Shown: positions 26,531 to 36,529 of the stretch, one piece after another
Layout of the letters: the number at the start of each line of letters is the position of its first letter
Numbering within the stretch: position 1 is the first letter of the stretch
Origin: a virus
Reading direction: 5' to 3' (one strand)
Length of the DNA: 64,000 nt
Virus record (IMG/VR): IMGVR_UViG_3300048793_000029
Span: 1-64,000 of that record
Notes under the pieces: model-generated
Told to the model about the DNA's origin: nothing
What the model saw: only the letters and a program-made list of their open reading frames with translations
Database searches by the model: none
Made by a program: the position numbers and the translations under genes

Positions 26531-27055
26531 ATGAGATCACCATCACCACCTAAGCGGCCTGCTAAGTACTCGGTCATGTGCGAGCTAGGACATCGTCTCT
26601 ACAGCGACAACTTCATGGAGAAGGGAGATGCAGCGGCCTTCGTGCAGGCGGTTCTCCAAAACGAACCCCTGCGTTGGGAGTCGCCTGAAGAGGCAACGGC
26701 GAAAGGAGGCGTCCTTGTCATCAAGGCAGATGACCTGGAAGACCTAGTTGAAATGGAGAGGGTGCCGAGTTTGAGTAGTGAACAATTGCGAGCGGTGAAG
26801 GCATTCTTGAGCGGGCATTGGCCTCCGAACGATAAGGTGCCGGGATCGGCTACGTCGACGAACGCGAAGAAGGCTGTGATGAAAAAGCCCGGTCTCGTTA
26901 CCTTAGCCGACATGTGCACTCGTAATAAATGGACACCGCGCGTCGCACGTATGAAGCTGAGAAAGGCAAAGGTGAAGAGGCCGAAGGACGCTGGCTGGGC
27001 CTGGCCTTCGAACGAAGCAGCGAAGATCGAGAAGCAGCTGAAGGAACTGATATAG
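26531..27055 (+). CDS. Hypothetical protein with C-terminal small HTH-like domain
   Basis: AACGGGAG RBS before ATG 26531; TLADMC...PRVARMKLRK...WAW. Confidence 0.65.
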   Translation: MRSPSPPKRPAKYSVMCELGHRLYSDNFMEKGDAAAFVQAVLQNEPLRWESPEEATAKGGVLVIKADDLEDLVEMERVPSLSSEQLRAVKAFLSGHWPPNDKVPGSATSTNAKKAVMKKPGLVTLADMCTRNKWTPRVARMKLRKAKVKRPKDAGWAWPSNEAAKIEKQLKELI

Positions 27056-27112
27056 GAATACTATCCTATATGCCCATGCGGATATACCGGATACACCGGC
27101 ATATCTTTATTG

Positions 27113-27140
27113 TTGACAAGGCATGCGGATATGGTAGTAT
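27113..27140 (+). promoter_or_regulatory. Sigma70-type promoter
   Basis: TTGACA (27113-27118), 16-nt spacer ending TGG, TAGTAT (27135-27140); flanked by GGATAT repeats. Confidence 0.75.
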
Positions 27141-27522
27141 GGATATGCCACTTGATGGCTACGGGACAAGGATTGGGTCCAAGAGCATAAAACACCGATC
27201 CCGCCACGCCCCCCCGGGGCTGCACGCGGAGACAGGCATGCGATCCTGACACGTTCGCCCCAAGCCGCCCGCAAGTCGCAGTAGGAGGAGCTGGGTCAGT
27301 AAAGGGCTAACGCCCTGCGCAGCCAGTGGAACGACGCTGGGCGCGCTCGAGAAGATAAAAATCACATCAGCAACGCGGAGACAGTTCAAAGGAACGTCGC
27401 GCACATGACGATGGGCAGTAGCCTCAACGTCGACATGTGGCGGGTGTGAATGTCTACGCAAATCCTAACGTCGCGGGTCGAGAGGCCTGCGGCGTTATAG
27501 TGTGCGATGACAACAACGGGAG

Positions 27523-27759
27523 ATGGATATGCAAATTTTAATGATGGCGGTGCAGGCGCAGCTTGATCGTTCTCACTCGATGTATGACGTCAAGATCCAA
27601 AACATCTTGACTGTTGAAAAAGGCTGGCTCGTGATCTTCGAGATTACGCCTCAGGTATTGCCGGGTGAGAGAACAATGCTATCGCGTTATCAGCGATGCG
27701 CGTTCTTCACGCAGACGGATAAGGGCATCAACTGCCCGAACGATATCATCTTGGGATGA
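27523..27759 (+). CDS. Hypothetical early protein
   Basis: AACGGGAGATGG RBS/start context. Confidence 0.6.
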   Translation: MDMQILMMAVQAQLDRSHSMYDVKIQNILTVEKGWLVIFEITPQVLPGERTMLSRYQRCAFFTQTDKGINCPNDIILG

Positions 27760-27770
27760 GAAGGTGAAAC

Positions 27771-27965
27771 ATGGAAAAGATACGGGATAGGATACGCAAG
27801 CTGCTGAGGCTGGCGCGCGACAAAGGCGCGAGCGAGAATGAGGCGGCCAGCGCGATGGCGATGGCGTCACGTCTGATGCTCCAACAGTTGAGGACGGCGT
27901 GGCTAGGCCCAAAGGCAAGGCTGAAGCAACGGGCCTTCGCTCTTGCTCTGGAGCACGCCCGATGA
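27771..27965 (+). CDS. DUF2786-like short protein (possibly truncated)
   Basis: KIRDRIRKLLRLA...ENEAASAMAMASRLM motif. Confidence 0.65.
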   Translation: MEKIRDRIRKLLRLARDKGASENEAASAMAMASRLMLQQLRTAWLGPKARLKQRAFALALEHAR

Positions 27966-28150
27966 CGACACTCGAAGAGTTCATGGGGGGCACACCGTTG
28001 AAGTACGTGTGGGATGATAACACGTGGACTGCAGTCTATCGCGTTGGCACTATAGAGTTGCGTTGTGGTAAGCGTCGCGAGAGTGTGGAAATGATTGACA
28101 AGATAGGAGCATCACGCTTTTATCACAACATCAAAGGAGCGATGATATGA
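27962..28150 (+). CDS. Hypothetical protein
   Basis: MTTLEEFMGG... start overlapping the upstream stop (ATGA). Confidence 0.5.
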   Translation: MTTLEEFMGGTPLKYVWDDNTWTAVYRVGTIELRCGKRRESVEMIDKIGASRFYHNIKGAMI

Positions 28151-28830
28151 CTAAGGAACTTGAGATACCTGCGGATGGGAGCATACCCAAGTTCTTGGCT
28201 AGGGGAAAGCCCACCGAAGAGAACAAGGCGCGCATCGCGGCGATCGTCGCTGAAGGCAAGAACCCGACGATCAAGTTGGCTGAACCTACGGGCGAGCGAC
28301 GTGATTGGTTGAGGCCGAAGGGAATGAGCGACGAGGACTGGAAAAAATACCAGGAGGCTGAAGCGACGAAGAAAAAGGCCGCGACGACGGAACGACTGAA
28401 AGGATTGAAGAAAGAAAGGCAACCGAAACGTCCAGCGCGTGACGGACTGATCAGCGTGGGAGACATTGCCAAGAAAGCTGGATTGCTGCCACGTGAGGCG
28501 CGAGCCATACTACGATCGGCGAAGGAGCCCAAGCCCGCGTGTGGTTGGGCGTTCGACACGACGACGGCTGGTCGCATCGAGGGACTGCTGAGAGCCGGGG
28601 CGGCTAAGGCGCCGCCGAAAGGGACACCCGGCACGAAGCCCACGCCGAAGGGATTGAGTATACCACCTCCGGAGGAGACGACATGGTCCTTGTCGAAGAA
28701 AGACAAGAAGAAATGGAAGACCGATGTGAAAAAGCGAGATGTTTCCATGGTCGACGCCGAAGCCGCCGAGGCAAAGACTGCACCGAAAAAGCGGACGTTA
28801 TCGAAAGCCGCGACTGCGAGGAAGAAATGA
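28147..28830 (+). CDS. Lys-rich protein with small HTH-like domain
   Basis: AGGAG RBS; ISVGDIAKKAGLLPREARAILR...WAF. Confidence 0.7.
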   Translation: MTKELEIPADGSIPKFLARGKPTEENKARIAAIVAEGKNPTIKLAEPTGERRDWLRPKGMSDEDWKKYQEAEATKKKAATTERLKGLKKERQPKRPARDGLISVGDIAKKAGLLPREARAILRSAKEPKPACGWAFDTTTAGRIEGLLRAGAAKAPPKGTPGTKPTPKGLSIPPPEETTWSLSKKDKKKWKTDVKKRDVSMVDAEAAEAKTAPKKRTLSKAATARKK

Positions 28831-29342
28831 CCGTTGTGACCAAGATACAGGGACGTGGCGAGACTGAACTGTATGCCTCGCCTTCGATAGCGCGCAGGGG
28901 GTACATGAACTTGCTAGTGATTGCGGTGAATGCTTATGAAGTCTATCGCATCATCGGGCTCATGGCTGACACGTTCGCCGAAGTGACGTTCACTGATCCG
29001 GCTCGCTGCGGCGATCACCGCTGGGGTAGTTATGGGAGAGTGAAATGAAACGGATCGAGTGGAAGATCTTGACGACGGCGCGGATCGAGTTGCAGTGTCG
29101 TCAAGACGATGATGAGGAGTGGAAGATTTTGACGACAGCGCACTATCCTATAGGCGATACTGGAATCGAGACGCAGGAACGCCAAATGAGTGTGCGCTAC
29201 ATCAACGACTGCCACCGTTGATGGCAGTCGAATACTTACCTGTTCGGACAAGAGTTCAGGATTGTGAAGCCGAAAGGGTTTTGAAACATGGCAGCGTGTC
29301 TGTCGTGTCACGGTGCACTGAGCACCTCAACGGGAGAGAGAG

Positions 29343-29693
29343 ATGGAAAAAGTGTTCAACGTTCATCTTCGTGTCAATGGACAGAGGGCTCTGTCAACGT
29401 TACTAGAGGTAACCGACGGCACTGCGGAGATCGTCGAAATCAAAGAAGCGATTGTCAAGCCGGTGAAGTCGCACGCCTATGTTGGCGGAAAAAGAGACAA
29501 GGGGATCAGGTCTGACGATTTGATCAAGGAGATTTTTACCAATGCCAAGCGTCCCGTAAGTCATGATGAAATTTCCAAAGAATTTGTGCGTCGTGGTTTT
29601 GCGGGCAACAGCTGCAGTCCGTCACTAAGTGTGGCCGTTCGCAACAAGAAGATACACAAATTGCCAGATGGGAGGTATGAAGCAATCAAGTAA
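29343..29693 (+). CDS. Hypothetical protein, C-terminal winged-helix-like
   Basis: AACGGGAG RBS; LIKEIF...VSHDEI...GRY. Confidence 0.65.
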   Translation: MEKVFNVHLRVNGQRALSTLLEVTDGTAEIVEIKEAIVKPVKSHAYVGGKRDKGIRSDDLIKEIFTNAKRPVSHDEISKEFVRRGFAGNSCSPSLSVAVRNKKIHKLPDGRYEAIK

Positions 29694-29764
29694 AGACATC
29701 AGCTCGATGCACCTGGAGACGGGTGCATCAGGGTGTTGTCATGACGACACACCATTAACGGGAG

Positions 29765-29983
29765 ATGGCTATGACTGATACCAAGAAAGCCGGCGTTGCG
29801 TTGTCGAAGATCGCGACGGAGTTGAAGATAGACCCGAAAGTGGCACGCGCTAAGTTGCGTCGCGCCAAAGTGCCTGCGGGTATGACTGTGGGCGATACCT
29901 GGATGCTCACTCCGAAAGGCGTGATGTGGGCGAAGGCATTGCTGAGGGGTGAAAAGCCTAAGGCAACAGCAACGGCGGCGTGA
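29765..29983 (+). CDS. Small basic HTH-like protein
   Basis: VALSKIATELKIDPKVARAKLRR...W. Confidence 0.7.
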   Translation: MAMTDTKKAGVALSKIATELKIDPKVARAKLRRAKVPAGMTVGDTWMLTPKGVMWAKALLRGEKPKATATAA

Positions 29984-29991
29984 ACTAAAAC

Positions 29992-30028
29992 AAAGCGTCC
30001 ATTGGCATTAGCTGATGGGCGCTTTTTT
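29992..30028 (+). terminator. Rho-independent terminator
   Basis: aaagcgtccattggc-atta-gctgatgggcgc followed by a T-run, right after 29983. Confidence 0.75.
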
Positions 30029-30089
30029 AGTGGGTTGACGAGGAAGGGTTTGAGTGTTTAGTGTGGGGGATGATCAAGGAGACCAAAGC

Positions 30090-30617
30090 ATGGCTCGAGG
30101 AAGGCCGCGTAAGCAAGGACCTCGAACCAAAGGAGGTCGACTGAGGTATGACAAACTTGACGCAAGATACCCAACAGCTTTGATACGTGTGAGGGATTTC
30201 GGGGTGTCTGTAGTGCAAAGTGTTTCTCCCTTTGCAGGCCATCTTGCGGGAGTGCTTTACTTACGAGGATTGATCGAGAAAGAAGAACTGGGTCGATTTC
30301 ACTCTTATTTGCAGATGGTGCCAACGACGATGCGCGCAATCCAATACGGGATACGCGTGAGCGGGCGTGAAGGAGGGGTTGAGTTCAGGCCTTCGAGGGG
30401 GTATTGGAGGCTATGTCGTAAGCTGGGACGCGACATTGATGTGCTGCACCAACTCGCAATTGACCGGCTTATATGCCCGGTTTCACGCTTGCGTCATATC
30501 CTCTCCCGAGTACCATTGACACCCGCCGGCTCCTCTTATATACAAGCTGCTGAAACTCATCAATCACCAGTGCGCCTTGAAGCTCGCCGCGGCCCGATTG
30601 TCGTGGGTTCGGTATAA
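30090..30617 (+). CDS. Hypothetical protein (possible late regulator)
   Basis: AAGGAG RBS; MARGRPRK basic N-terminus; upstream of the terminase genes. Confidence 0.6.
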   Translation: MARGRPRKQGPRTKGGRLRYDKLDARYPTALIRVRDFGVSVVQSVSPFAGHLAGVLYLRGLIEKEELGRFHSYLQMVPTTMRAIQYGIRVSGREGGVEFRPSRGYWRLCRKLGRDIDVLHQLAIDRLICPVSRLRHILSRVPLTPAGSSYIQAAETHQSPVRLEARRGPIVVGSV

Positions 30618-30651
30618 CGAAATGGCTATGGATATGGCTTGGATCTAACCG

Positions 30652-31146
30652 ATGTCAGGTAGCCCAGAAACCGCAAGAGAGAATGGCAAGAAAGGCGGCC
30701 GTCCTCCGGGTGCGCTGACCAAGATGTCGAGACGCAAAGCCATCGAGTTAGCCCTGGCTAATCGTACCCCGCTCGACGTCATGGTCGACAACATGAACTT
30801 CTGGTGGGACAAAGGAAAAGACTTAGGAGAAGTGCTTGAGCAACAGCTAGCTCGTATTTCTTCAATCAAAGGTAAAGAGAAAGTCAAGCAAGCGTTATCC
30901 GAAGTTAATAAGATAGCCACGCATTTTCTGGCCGCACGCGAGAACGCCCAACGTTGCGCTGTCGATGCGGCTCCTTACGTACATCCCCGGTTCCAGTCGA
31001 TCGAGTTCAAAGGCCAGCTGGAAGTCAGCGAAGTGGAAAAGATTTCCAAGGAGATGACGCCGGATAAGGCCAAGGAACTGTATGCCAGCACTATCAAACC
31101 GGATAGCAACGTCTCGCCGTTCCCGGCTCGACGCGTGGCCCCCTGA
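30652..31146 (+). CDS. Terminase small subunit
   Basis: GGRPPG, TPLDVM, AVDAAPYVHPR motifs; directly upstream of TerL. Confidence 0.75.
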   Translation: MSGSPETARENGKKGGRPPGALTKMSRRKAIELALANRTPLDVMVDNMNFWWDKGKDLGEVLEQQLARISSIKGKEKVKQALSEVNKIATHFLAARENAQRCAVDAAPYVHPRFQSIEFKGQLEVSEVEKISKEMTPDKAKELYASTIKPDSNVSPFPARRVAP

Positions 31147-32800
31147 CTACACCGCTGTTCTGGCTTGGCGTCAAGAGCAGATTGTTCGGATGCGGAAAGA
31201 GCCCGCATATCATTTTGGCTCTCTCGAGTATTACAAAGAAAACCCCGCTGAGTTCATTTCGCATTGGTGTGATACTTATGATCCTCGCAACGCTACGGGC
31301 GCCGCGATGGTACGGCCACCCTTTGTCTTGTTTCAACGGCAAACAGAGTTCGTAGAATTTCTTCAAGCATGCATTGCTGCGGAAGAAGGCGGACTGGTTG
31401 AGAAATCTCGTGACATGGGAGCCACGTGGCTTTGTTGCGCTTACTCAGTTTGGCTATGGCGCTTTGTGCCCGGTGCCTCGATCGGCTGGGGCAGTCGCAA
31501 GGCCGAACTGGTTGACAGACTGGGCGACGCCGACACGATCTTCGAAAAGATGCGTATGATCTTGCGCGAGCTACCGCCTGAGTTCTTGCCTGTGGGATTT
31601 GATCCTGGCAGTCACGCTGCTCACATGCGGATATTTAATCCCGAGAACGGGTCGTCGATTACCGGCGAAGGCGGCGACAACATAGGCCGCGGTGGCAGGA
31701 AGCTTGTCTACTTCAAGGACGAGAGTGCACATTACGAACACGCCGAAATGATTGAAGCTTCGCTGTCTGGCAATACGCGCGTGCAGATAGACCTGAGTTC
31801 AGTCCACGGCTTGGGAACGATCTTCCACCGCAAGCGTGAAGCCGGTGTTGACTGGGTGCCGGGTCATCCCGCGGTTAAGGGCCGTACCAATGTTTTCGTA
31901 ATGGACTGGCGTGACCACCCACTCAAGACGCAAGAGTGGTACGATCAGGAGAAATCGCACAAGGAGCAGGAAGGTCTGCTCCACATCTTCGCCCAAGAGG
32001 TAGACCGCAATTACGCTGCTTCGGTTGAGGGCGTCATCATTCCGGCCGAGTGGGTCAGCGCTGCGATTGACGCTGATAAGAAATTGAGCTTCAACGACTC
32101 GGGCATGTGGGCCGCGGCCCTTGACGTCGCCGATGCCGGGCTCGACACCAACGCGCTGGCCAAGCGCAAGGGCGTCGTGCTCAAGTCGGTTGATGAATGG
32201 GGCGAGCGCGACACCGGCAAGACAACGCGGCGCGCGGTTGAGGCCTGTCGAGATTGCGGTGTTGTAGACCTACAGTATGATTCGATCGGTGTTGGTGCTG
32301 GGGTCAAGGCCGAGTCCAACCGGCTGATCGAAGAAGGCTTGATGCCGAAGAACGTGTTCCTGGCGCCGTGGAACGCCGGTGCCGAGGTGCTCGACAAGGA
32401 CAAGAACTTAATCCCACACGACCGCAACTCGCCGCTCAATGGCGACTTCTTCGGCAACCTCAAGGCCCAGGGCTGGTGGCAGCTAAGGTTGCGGTTCGAG
32501 CGAACGTGGCGCGCGGTCAACGATCCGACGTTTACCTGGGAGCCCGGCCAACTGATATCCATACCGGGTACGCTGCCATTGCTTCGCAAGATCCAAAAAG
32601 AACTGTCGCAGGCCACGGCCTCGACCAACACGCGGATGAAACTGATTGTGGACAAGTCGCCCGAGGGTACGCGTTCGCCAAATTTGGCCGACGCCATCAT
32701 GATGGTTTACTGGCCCTTGAAGAGCGTGCGGCCGATGCAAGTTAGTGCCGGCATGCTGCAACGGGCCTCGATGCCGATGCGCGGTAGGACGCGGTTTTAA
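31082..32800 (+). CDS. terL: Terminase large subunit
   Basis: EKSRDMGATW Walker A, FKDE Walker B, LDVAD, YDSIGVGAG, SPNLADA. Confidence 0.93.
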   Translation: MPALSNRIATSRRSRLDAWPPDYTAVLAWRQEQIVRMRKEPAYHFGSLEYYKENPAEFISHWCDTYDPRNATGAAMVRPPFVLFQRQTEFVEFLQACIAAEEGGLVEKSRDMGATWLCCAYSVWLWRFVPGASIGWGSRKAELVDRLGDADTIFEKMRMILRELPPEFLPVGFDPGSHAAHMRIFNPENGSSITGEGGDNIGRGGRKLVYFKDESAHYEHAEMIEASLSGNTRVQIDLSSVHGLGTIFHRKREAGVDWVPGHPAVKGRTNVFVMDWRDHPLKTQEWYDQEKSHKEQEGLLHIFAQEVDRNYAASVEGVIIPAEWVSAAIDADKKLSFNDSGMWAAALDVADAGLDTNALAKRKGVVLKSVDEWGERDTGKTTRRAVEACRDCGVVDLQYDSIGVGAGVKAESNRLIEEGLMPKNVFLAPWNAGAEVLDKDKNLIPHDRNSPLNGDFFGNLKAQGWWQLRLRFERTWRAVNDPTFTWEPGQLISIPGTLPLLRKIQKELSQATASTNTRMKLIVDKSPEGTRSPNLADAIMMVYWPLKSVRPMQVSAGMLQRASMPMRGRTRF

Positions 32801-32949
32801 GTGAAGAGTTCTACGCAGAAACCCTTTAGTGGGACGGTCACCACCTCGGACTACAACGGGATTAAGTTGCCCGCTCTGGTCACAGGACCCCGGCTGTCGA
32901 GGAAAAAGATGTCGGGTTGCCGAGTTGTCCTCGGCCTGCGTGGATCAAA

Positions 32950-34653
32950 ATGAAACGCTCTAAGCTCAAAAAAATCCTCCAGGAGACCGTGCGCCAGGAG
33001 CGCCGTCGCGGTAAGCGTGTACCGAAGAAGGTCACTGTGGTCGAGGCTAATAAGCCGACCAAGCCGCCGTTCAAGGTTCATGACTTCACGCTGGCTCGCG
33101 CCAGGGCGCTGAAGAAGACACGCCAGTTGGACAGCAAGCCGCGTATCAATCCGTTCGAGCCGTACACCCCACCGCCGGGTGTTGTACCTGCAGGCCATAA
33201 CTTGGCGATGGACGAGGCGATGTCCAGCGCGCTGACCTGGGCGGCGCAAGCCACCATCTCCGGCATGTGGTCGGAGGGCTTGACGTTCCTCGGTTACGCA
33301 TATCTCTCCGAACTCAGCCAGCGCCCCGAATACCGCGTTATCAGTTCGGTGATCGCCACCGAGATGACCCGCAAGTGGATCAAGCTTGAGGCTTCCGAGG
33401 CCGCCGAGGAAGCCGAGGACAAGACCGATAAGATTAAGGAGCTGGAAGATTATCTCGACCGGCTCAATGTGCGCGATGTGTTCTACCAACTGGCGGAACA
33501 AGACGGCTTCTTCGGTCGCACGCATTTATACCTCGACACCGGCGACACTGACGATTGGGACGAGTTGGCACAGGACCTTGGCGACGGTCGCAACGACCGC
33601 AGCAAGATGAAGGTCAACCCAAAGAAGCCGCTGCAGCGCCTGGCTGTGATCGAGCCGATTTGGTGTTACCCTCAGCGCTACAACTCCAACGACCCGCTGC
33701 GACCGGACTGGTATAATCCAGAAGTCTGGTTCTGCATGTCCAAGGAGATCCACGCCTCGCGGCTACTGACGTTTGTCGGCAACAAGGTGCCGGACATCTT
33801 AAAGCCGGCTTACGCCTTTGGCGGCCTGTCGCGCAGCCAGATTGCCAAGCCCTATGTCGACAACTGGTTGACAACGCGCCAGTCGGTCAACGACCTGATC
33901 CACAGCTTCTCGGTGATGGTGCTGATGACCGATATGAGCGCGATGATTAGCTCCAGCAATGCGGCGCTCGATGGCTCGGACGCGGGCAGCACGACCGGCG
34001 ATGCCATGTTCAACCGGCTCGACATGTTTAACTCGCTGCGTGACAACCGCGGCATCTTCGCGCTTAACAAGGACACCGAGGACTTTAAGAACGTTATGAC
34101 GCCATTGAGTACCTTGGACTCACTGCAGGCGCAGAGCCAGGAGCACATGGCTTCGGTGTCGCGTATTCCGTTGGTTAAGCTGTTGGGCACCTCGCCTGCT
34201 GGGCTCAATGCTTCGAGCGAGGGCGAGATTCGCGCCTTCTACGACACCATCCACGCCTTCCAGGAGCAGTTCTTCCGCCCTGGCTTGTCGCGCGTTATTG
34301 ACTTCTGCCAGCTCAGTCTGTGGGGCGAGGTTGATCCGGCCATCACCATCAGGTTCGAGGAGCTGTGGTCGATCGACGCGCTGCAAGAGGCAACCATCCG
34401 CAAGATGGATGCCGAGACCGACGACATCCTTGTGAACGGCGTAGGGGCGGTGGCGCCTGAGGAAGTGCGACAGCGTATCGCGGCTGACGTTGACGCGCCG
34501 TATGCCAGCCTTGATGTAGAGGACATGCCGGAGCCGCCCGCGCCTGAGGTCGATCCCAAAACCGGTGAGCCTTTGAAGGGGCAGAACATAAGCTTGAGGG
34601 GCACCACCAAGAAGGGCGAGGGGCCGGCATCACAGAAGGCGGGTAAAGATTGA
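32950..34653 (+). CDS. Portal protein (DUF1073-like)
   Basis: FLGYAYLSELSQRPEYR, EMTRKW, IPLVKLLGTSPAGLNASSEGE; follows TerL. Confidence 0.88.
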   Translation: MKRSKLKKILQETVRQERRRGKRVPKKVTVVEANKPTKPPFKVHDFTLARARALKKTRQLDSKPRINPFEPYTPPPGVVPAGHNLAMDEAMSSALTWAAQATISGMWSEGLTFLGYAYLSELSQRPEYRVISSVIATEMTRKWIKLEASEAAEEAEDKTDKIKELEDYLDRLNVRDVFYQLAEQDGFFGRTHLYLDTGDTDDWDELAQDLGDGRNDRSKMKVNPKKPLQRLAVIEPIWCYPQRYNSNDPLRPDWYNPEVWFCMSKEIHASRLLTFVGNKVPDILKPAYAFGGLSRSQIAKPYVDNWLTTRQSVNDLIHSFSVMVLMTDMSAMISSSNAALDGSDAGSTTGDAMFNRLDMFNSLRDNRGIFALNKDTEDFKNVMTPLSTLDSLQAQSQEHMASVSRIPLVKLLGTSPAGLNASSEGEIRAFYDTIHAFQEQFFRPGLSRVIDFCQLSLWGEVDPAITIRFEELWSIDALQEATIRKMDAETDDILVNGVGAVAPEEVRQRIAADVDAPYASLDVEDMPEPPAPEVDPKTGEPLKGQNISLRGTTKKGEGPASQKAGKD

Positions 34654-34838
34654 TGGCAGACGAACACCCGCGCTTGATCCAGCTTCGCGTCAAGAAGGTG
34701 TCAACCGCGCATCTGTACTCGAAAGTCAAAGTAGCTAGGCCAAGCCGGCGGGACTACTTATATTGGGCAGGCTTTGCCGTCGTGTTCGTTGTTGCCATTA
34801 TAGCTGCAGTCGTGCTCTTCGCCTTGATCCAGTTATGA
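34653..34838 (+). CDS. Small membrane protein
   Basis: C-terminal TM helix. Confidence 0.5.
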   Translation: MADEHPRLIQLRVKKVSTAHLYSKVKVARPSRRDYLYWAGFAVVFVVAIIAAVVLFALIQL

Positions 34839-35010
34839 TTGTTACCTCCCGGCGCCTTCGACGACTCCTCAACCACAGGTCAGCCGTAGTGAAGACGAGT
34901 GCAGTCGAGCGCCGGGACGGGTTTCATGGCACAGATTATTGGCTACGGTAGTTTGCTGGTGGTAATGATTGTGCTGTCGATGGTGGTGCTTAGAGTGACG
35001 ATGGGTTGAT

Positions 35011-35202
35011 ATGAGCCTTACCACTGTTCATCTAAGAGACGCGCTTGCCGCCGAAGGGGTCCTGTTCGTAAGGATCACCAGGAGACGTGAGTACCACGAT
35101 ATGTTGCCACCGGTGCCTTGGGTCATTCGCAATAATAATGGCTTGTTGTCTCTCGCTGCAATAATCGTGATCAGTGCAATAGCTTGTCTGCTGGCGTCCT
35201 AA
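35011..35202 (+). CDS. Small membrane protein
   Basis: C-terminal hydrophobic helix. Confidence 0.4.
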   Translation: MSLTTVHLRDALAAEGVLFVRITRRREYHDMLPPVPWVIRNNNGLLSLAAIIVISAIACLLAS

Positions 35203-36020
35203 TGGCCCCTTACATCTACCGCAAGGATCGCGATCGCACTGACAAGGTGCTACGCCCCGTGCGCCCTAATATTGGCCTCGAGGTAGCCTACCGGCGTCGG
35301 CTGGTTGAGCTGATTGAGAAGATGGGCGTCTCAGTCCAGCACTGGATCGAGCAGCAGTACAAGCGGTTGCGGCCCGAGATGGCGCAAGACGCAACGCCTG
35401 CCAGCGAGCTACAGGCCGCCGTCCAGCAGCTGGTGCGCCAGTGGATGTACAACTTCGACCAAGCCGCCACTGAGCTGGCCCATTACTTTGCGCAGGACGT
35501 CAGCCAGCGCAGCGATGCGGCTCTCTTATCGGCCTTGAGGAAGGGCGGCTTTGCGGTCGGCTTTACCATGACGCCGGCGATGCGTGACATCATTGACGCC
35601 ACGGTTCATCAGAATGTCGCGCTGATAAAGTCAATCCCGGCTACATACCTCAGTCAAGTTGAAGGTATGGTGATGCGGTCGGTCCAGACCGGTCGCGATA
35701 TTGGCGGACTGGCTAAAGAGCTTCGAGAACAGTTAGGCGTCACTAAGCGGCGGGCCGCGCTTATAGCGCGTAGCCAGAACAACTTGGCGACTGCTGCCAT
35801 GCAGCGTGCCAGACAAAAAGAAATGAAGATTACCGAAGCTATTTGGATGCATTCTCACGGTGGCAAGACGCCGAGGCCAAGCCACGTCAAGAACAACGGT
35901 AAGCGGTATAAAATATCTGAAGGCTGGTATGACCCCGATGAGGGGAAATTTATCCTGCCTGGCGAATTGATAAACTGCCGTTGCGTGTCGCGTTCGGTCA
36001 TACCGGGACTTGACATGTGA
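35202..36020 (+). CDS. Head morphogenesis protein (Mu gpF/SPP1 gp7 family)
   Basis: NVALIKSIP, RAALIARSQ, PRPSH, PGELINCRC. Confidence 0.9.
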   Translation: MAPYIYRKDRDRTDKVLRPVRPNIGLEVAYRRRLVELIEKMGVSVQHWIEQQYKRLRPEMAQDATPASELQAAVQQLVRQWMYNFDQAATELAHYFAQDVSQRSDAALLSALRKGGFAVGFTMTPAMRDIIDATVHQNVALIKSIPATYLSQVEGMVMRSVQTGRDIGGLAKELREQLGVTKRRAALIARSQNNLATAAMQRARQKEMKITEAIWMHSHGGKTPRPSHVKNNGKRYKISEGWYDPDEGKFILPGELINCRCVSRSVIPGLDM

Positions 36021-36529
36021 CCATCTTCTCTGAACGCCGTCACTTGGCGCGAGTGCTGTCACACTCAAAGCTGCGTAAGTTCACCGACCCCGAGTTGATA
36101 CAGTGTGCAGTCGACGGCCTTACGGTCACTGAGACTTGTTACCGACTTGAAGCGGCCAAGACCACCATCGCCTACCATGCCAAGCGCATAGGGTTGGTGT
36201 TTCCGCAGCGTCGTCGTCGGCTATATTTCACCGAGCAGGACGACGAACTTATCCGCAAGTGTGCTCGCGGCGAAATAGGGCTGTCCAAGGTTGCTGGTGC
36301 TACCAACTGTTCGTTCAGCTCGGTCAGGCTTCGCGCTCTTACCATTGGCGCGCCGATACCATTCAAGAAGCGGCTGCGGAAGAAAGACCCAAAAATCTAT
36401 GCCATGCGCGACTATGACTTGGGCCATCAGATATCAGTTGGCAAGGACAAGTTGCTGATCATGCTACGACGCATCCATGTTACCCCGCGTGATGAGGTCT
36501 ACCCTGGCAGCGTCAAGGTAAAAGAATGA
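36017..36529 (+). CDS. Hypothetical protein with tandem HTH-like repeats
   Basis: Two FTxxxxxLIxxC...L repeats. Confidence 0.55.
   Translation: MTIFSERRHLARVLSHSKLRKFTDPELIQCAVDGLTVTETCYRLEAAKTTIAYHAKRIGLVFPQRRRRLYFTEQDDELIRKCARGEIGLSKVAGATNCSFSSVRLRALTIGAPIPFKKRLRKKDPKIYAMRDYDLGHQISVGKDKLLIMLRRIHVTPRDEVYPGSVKVKE

Noticed and set aside
28827-29340. Short ORFs between early genes
   Set aside because: Probably small genes, but starts and frames could not be fixed with confidence
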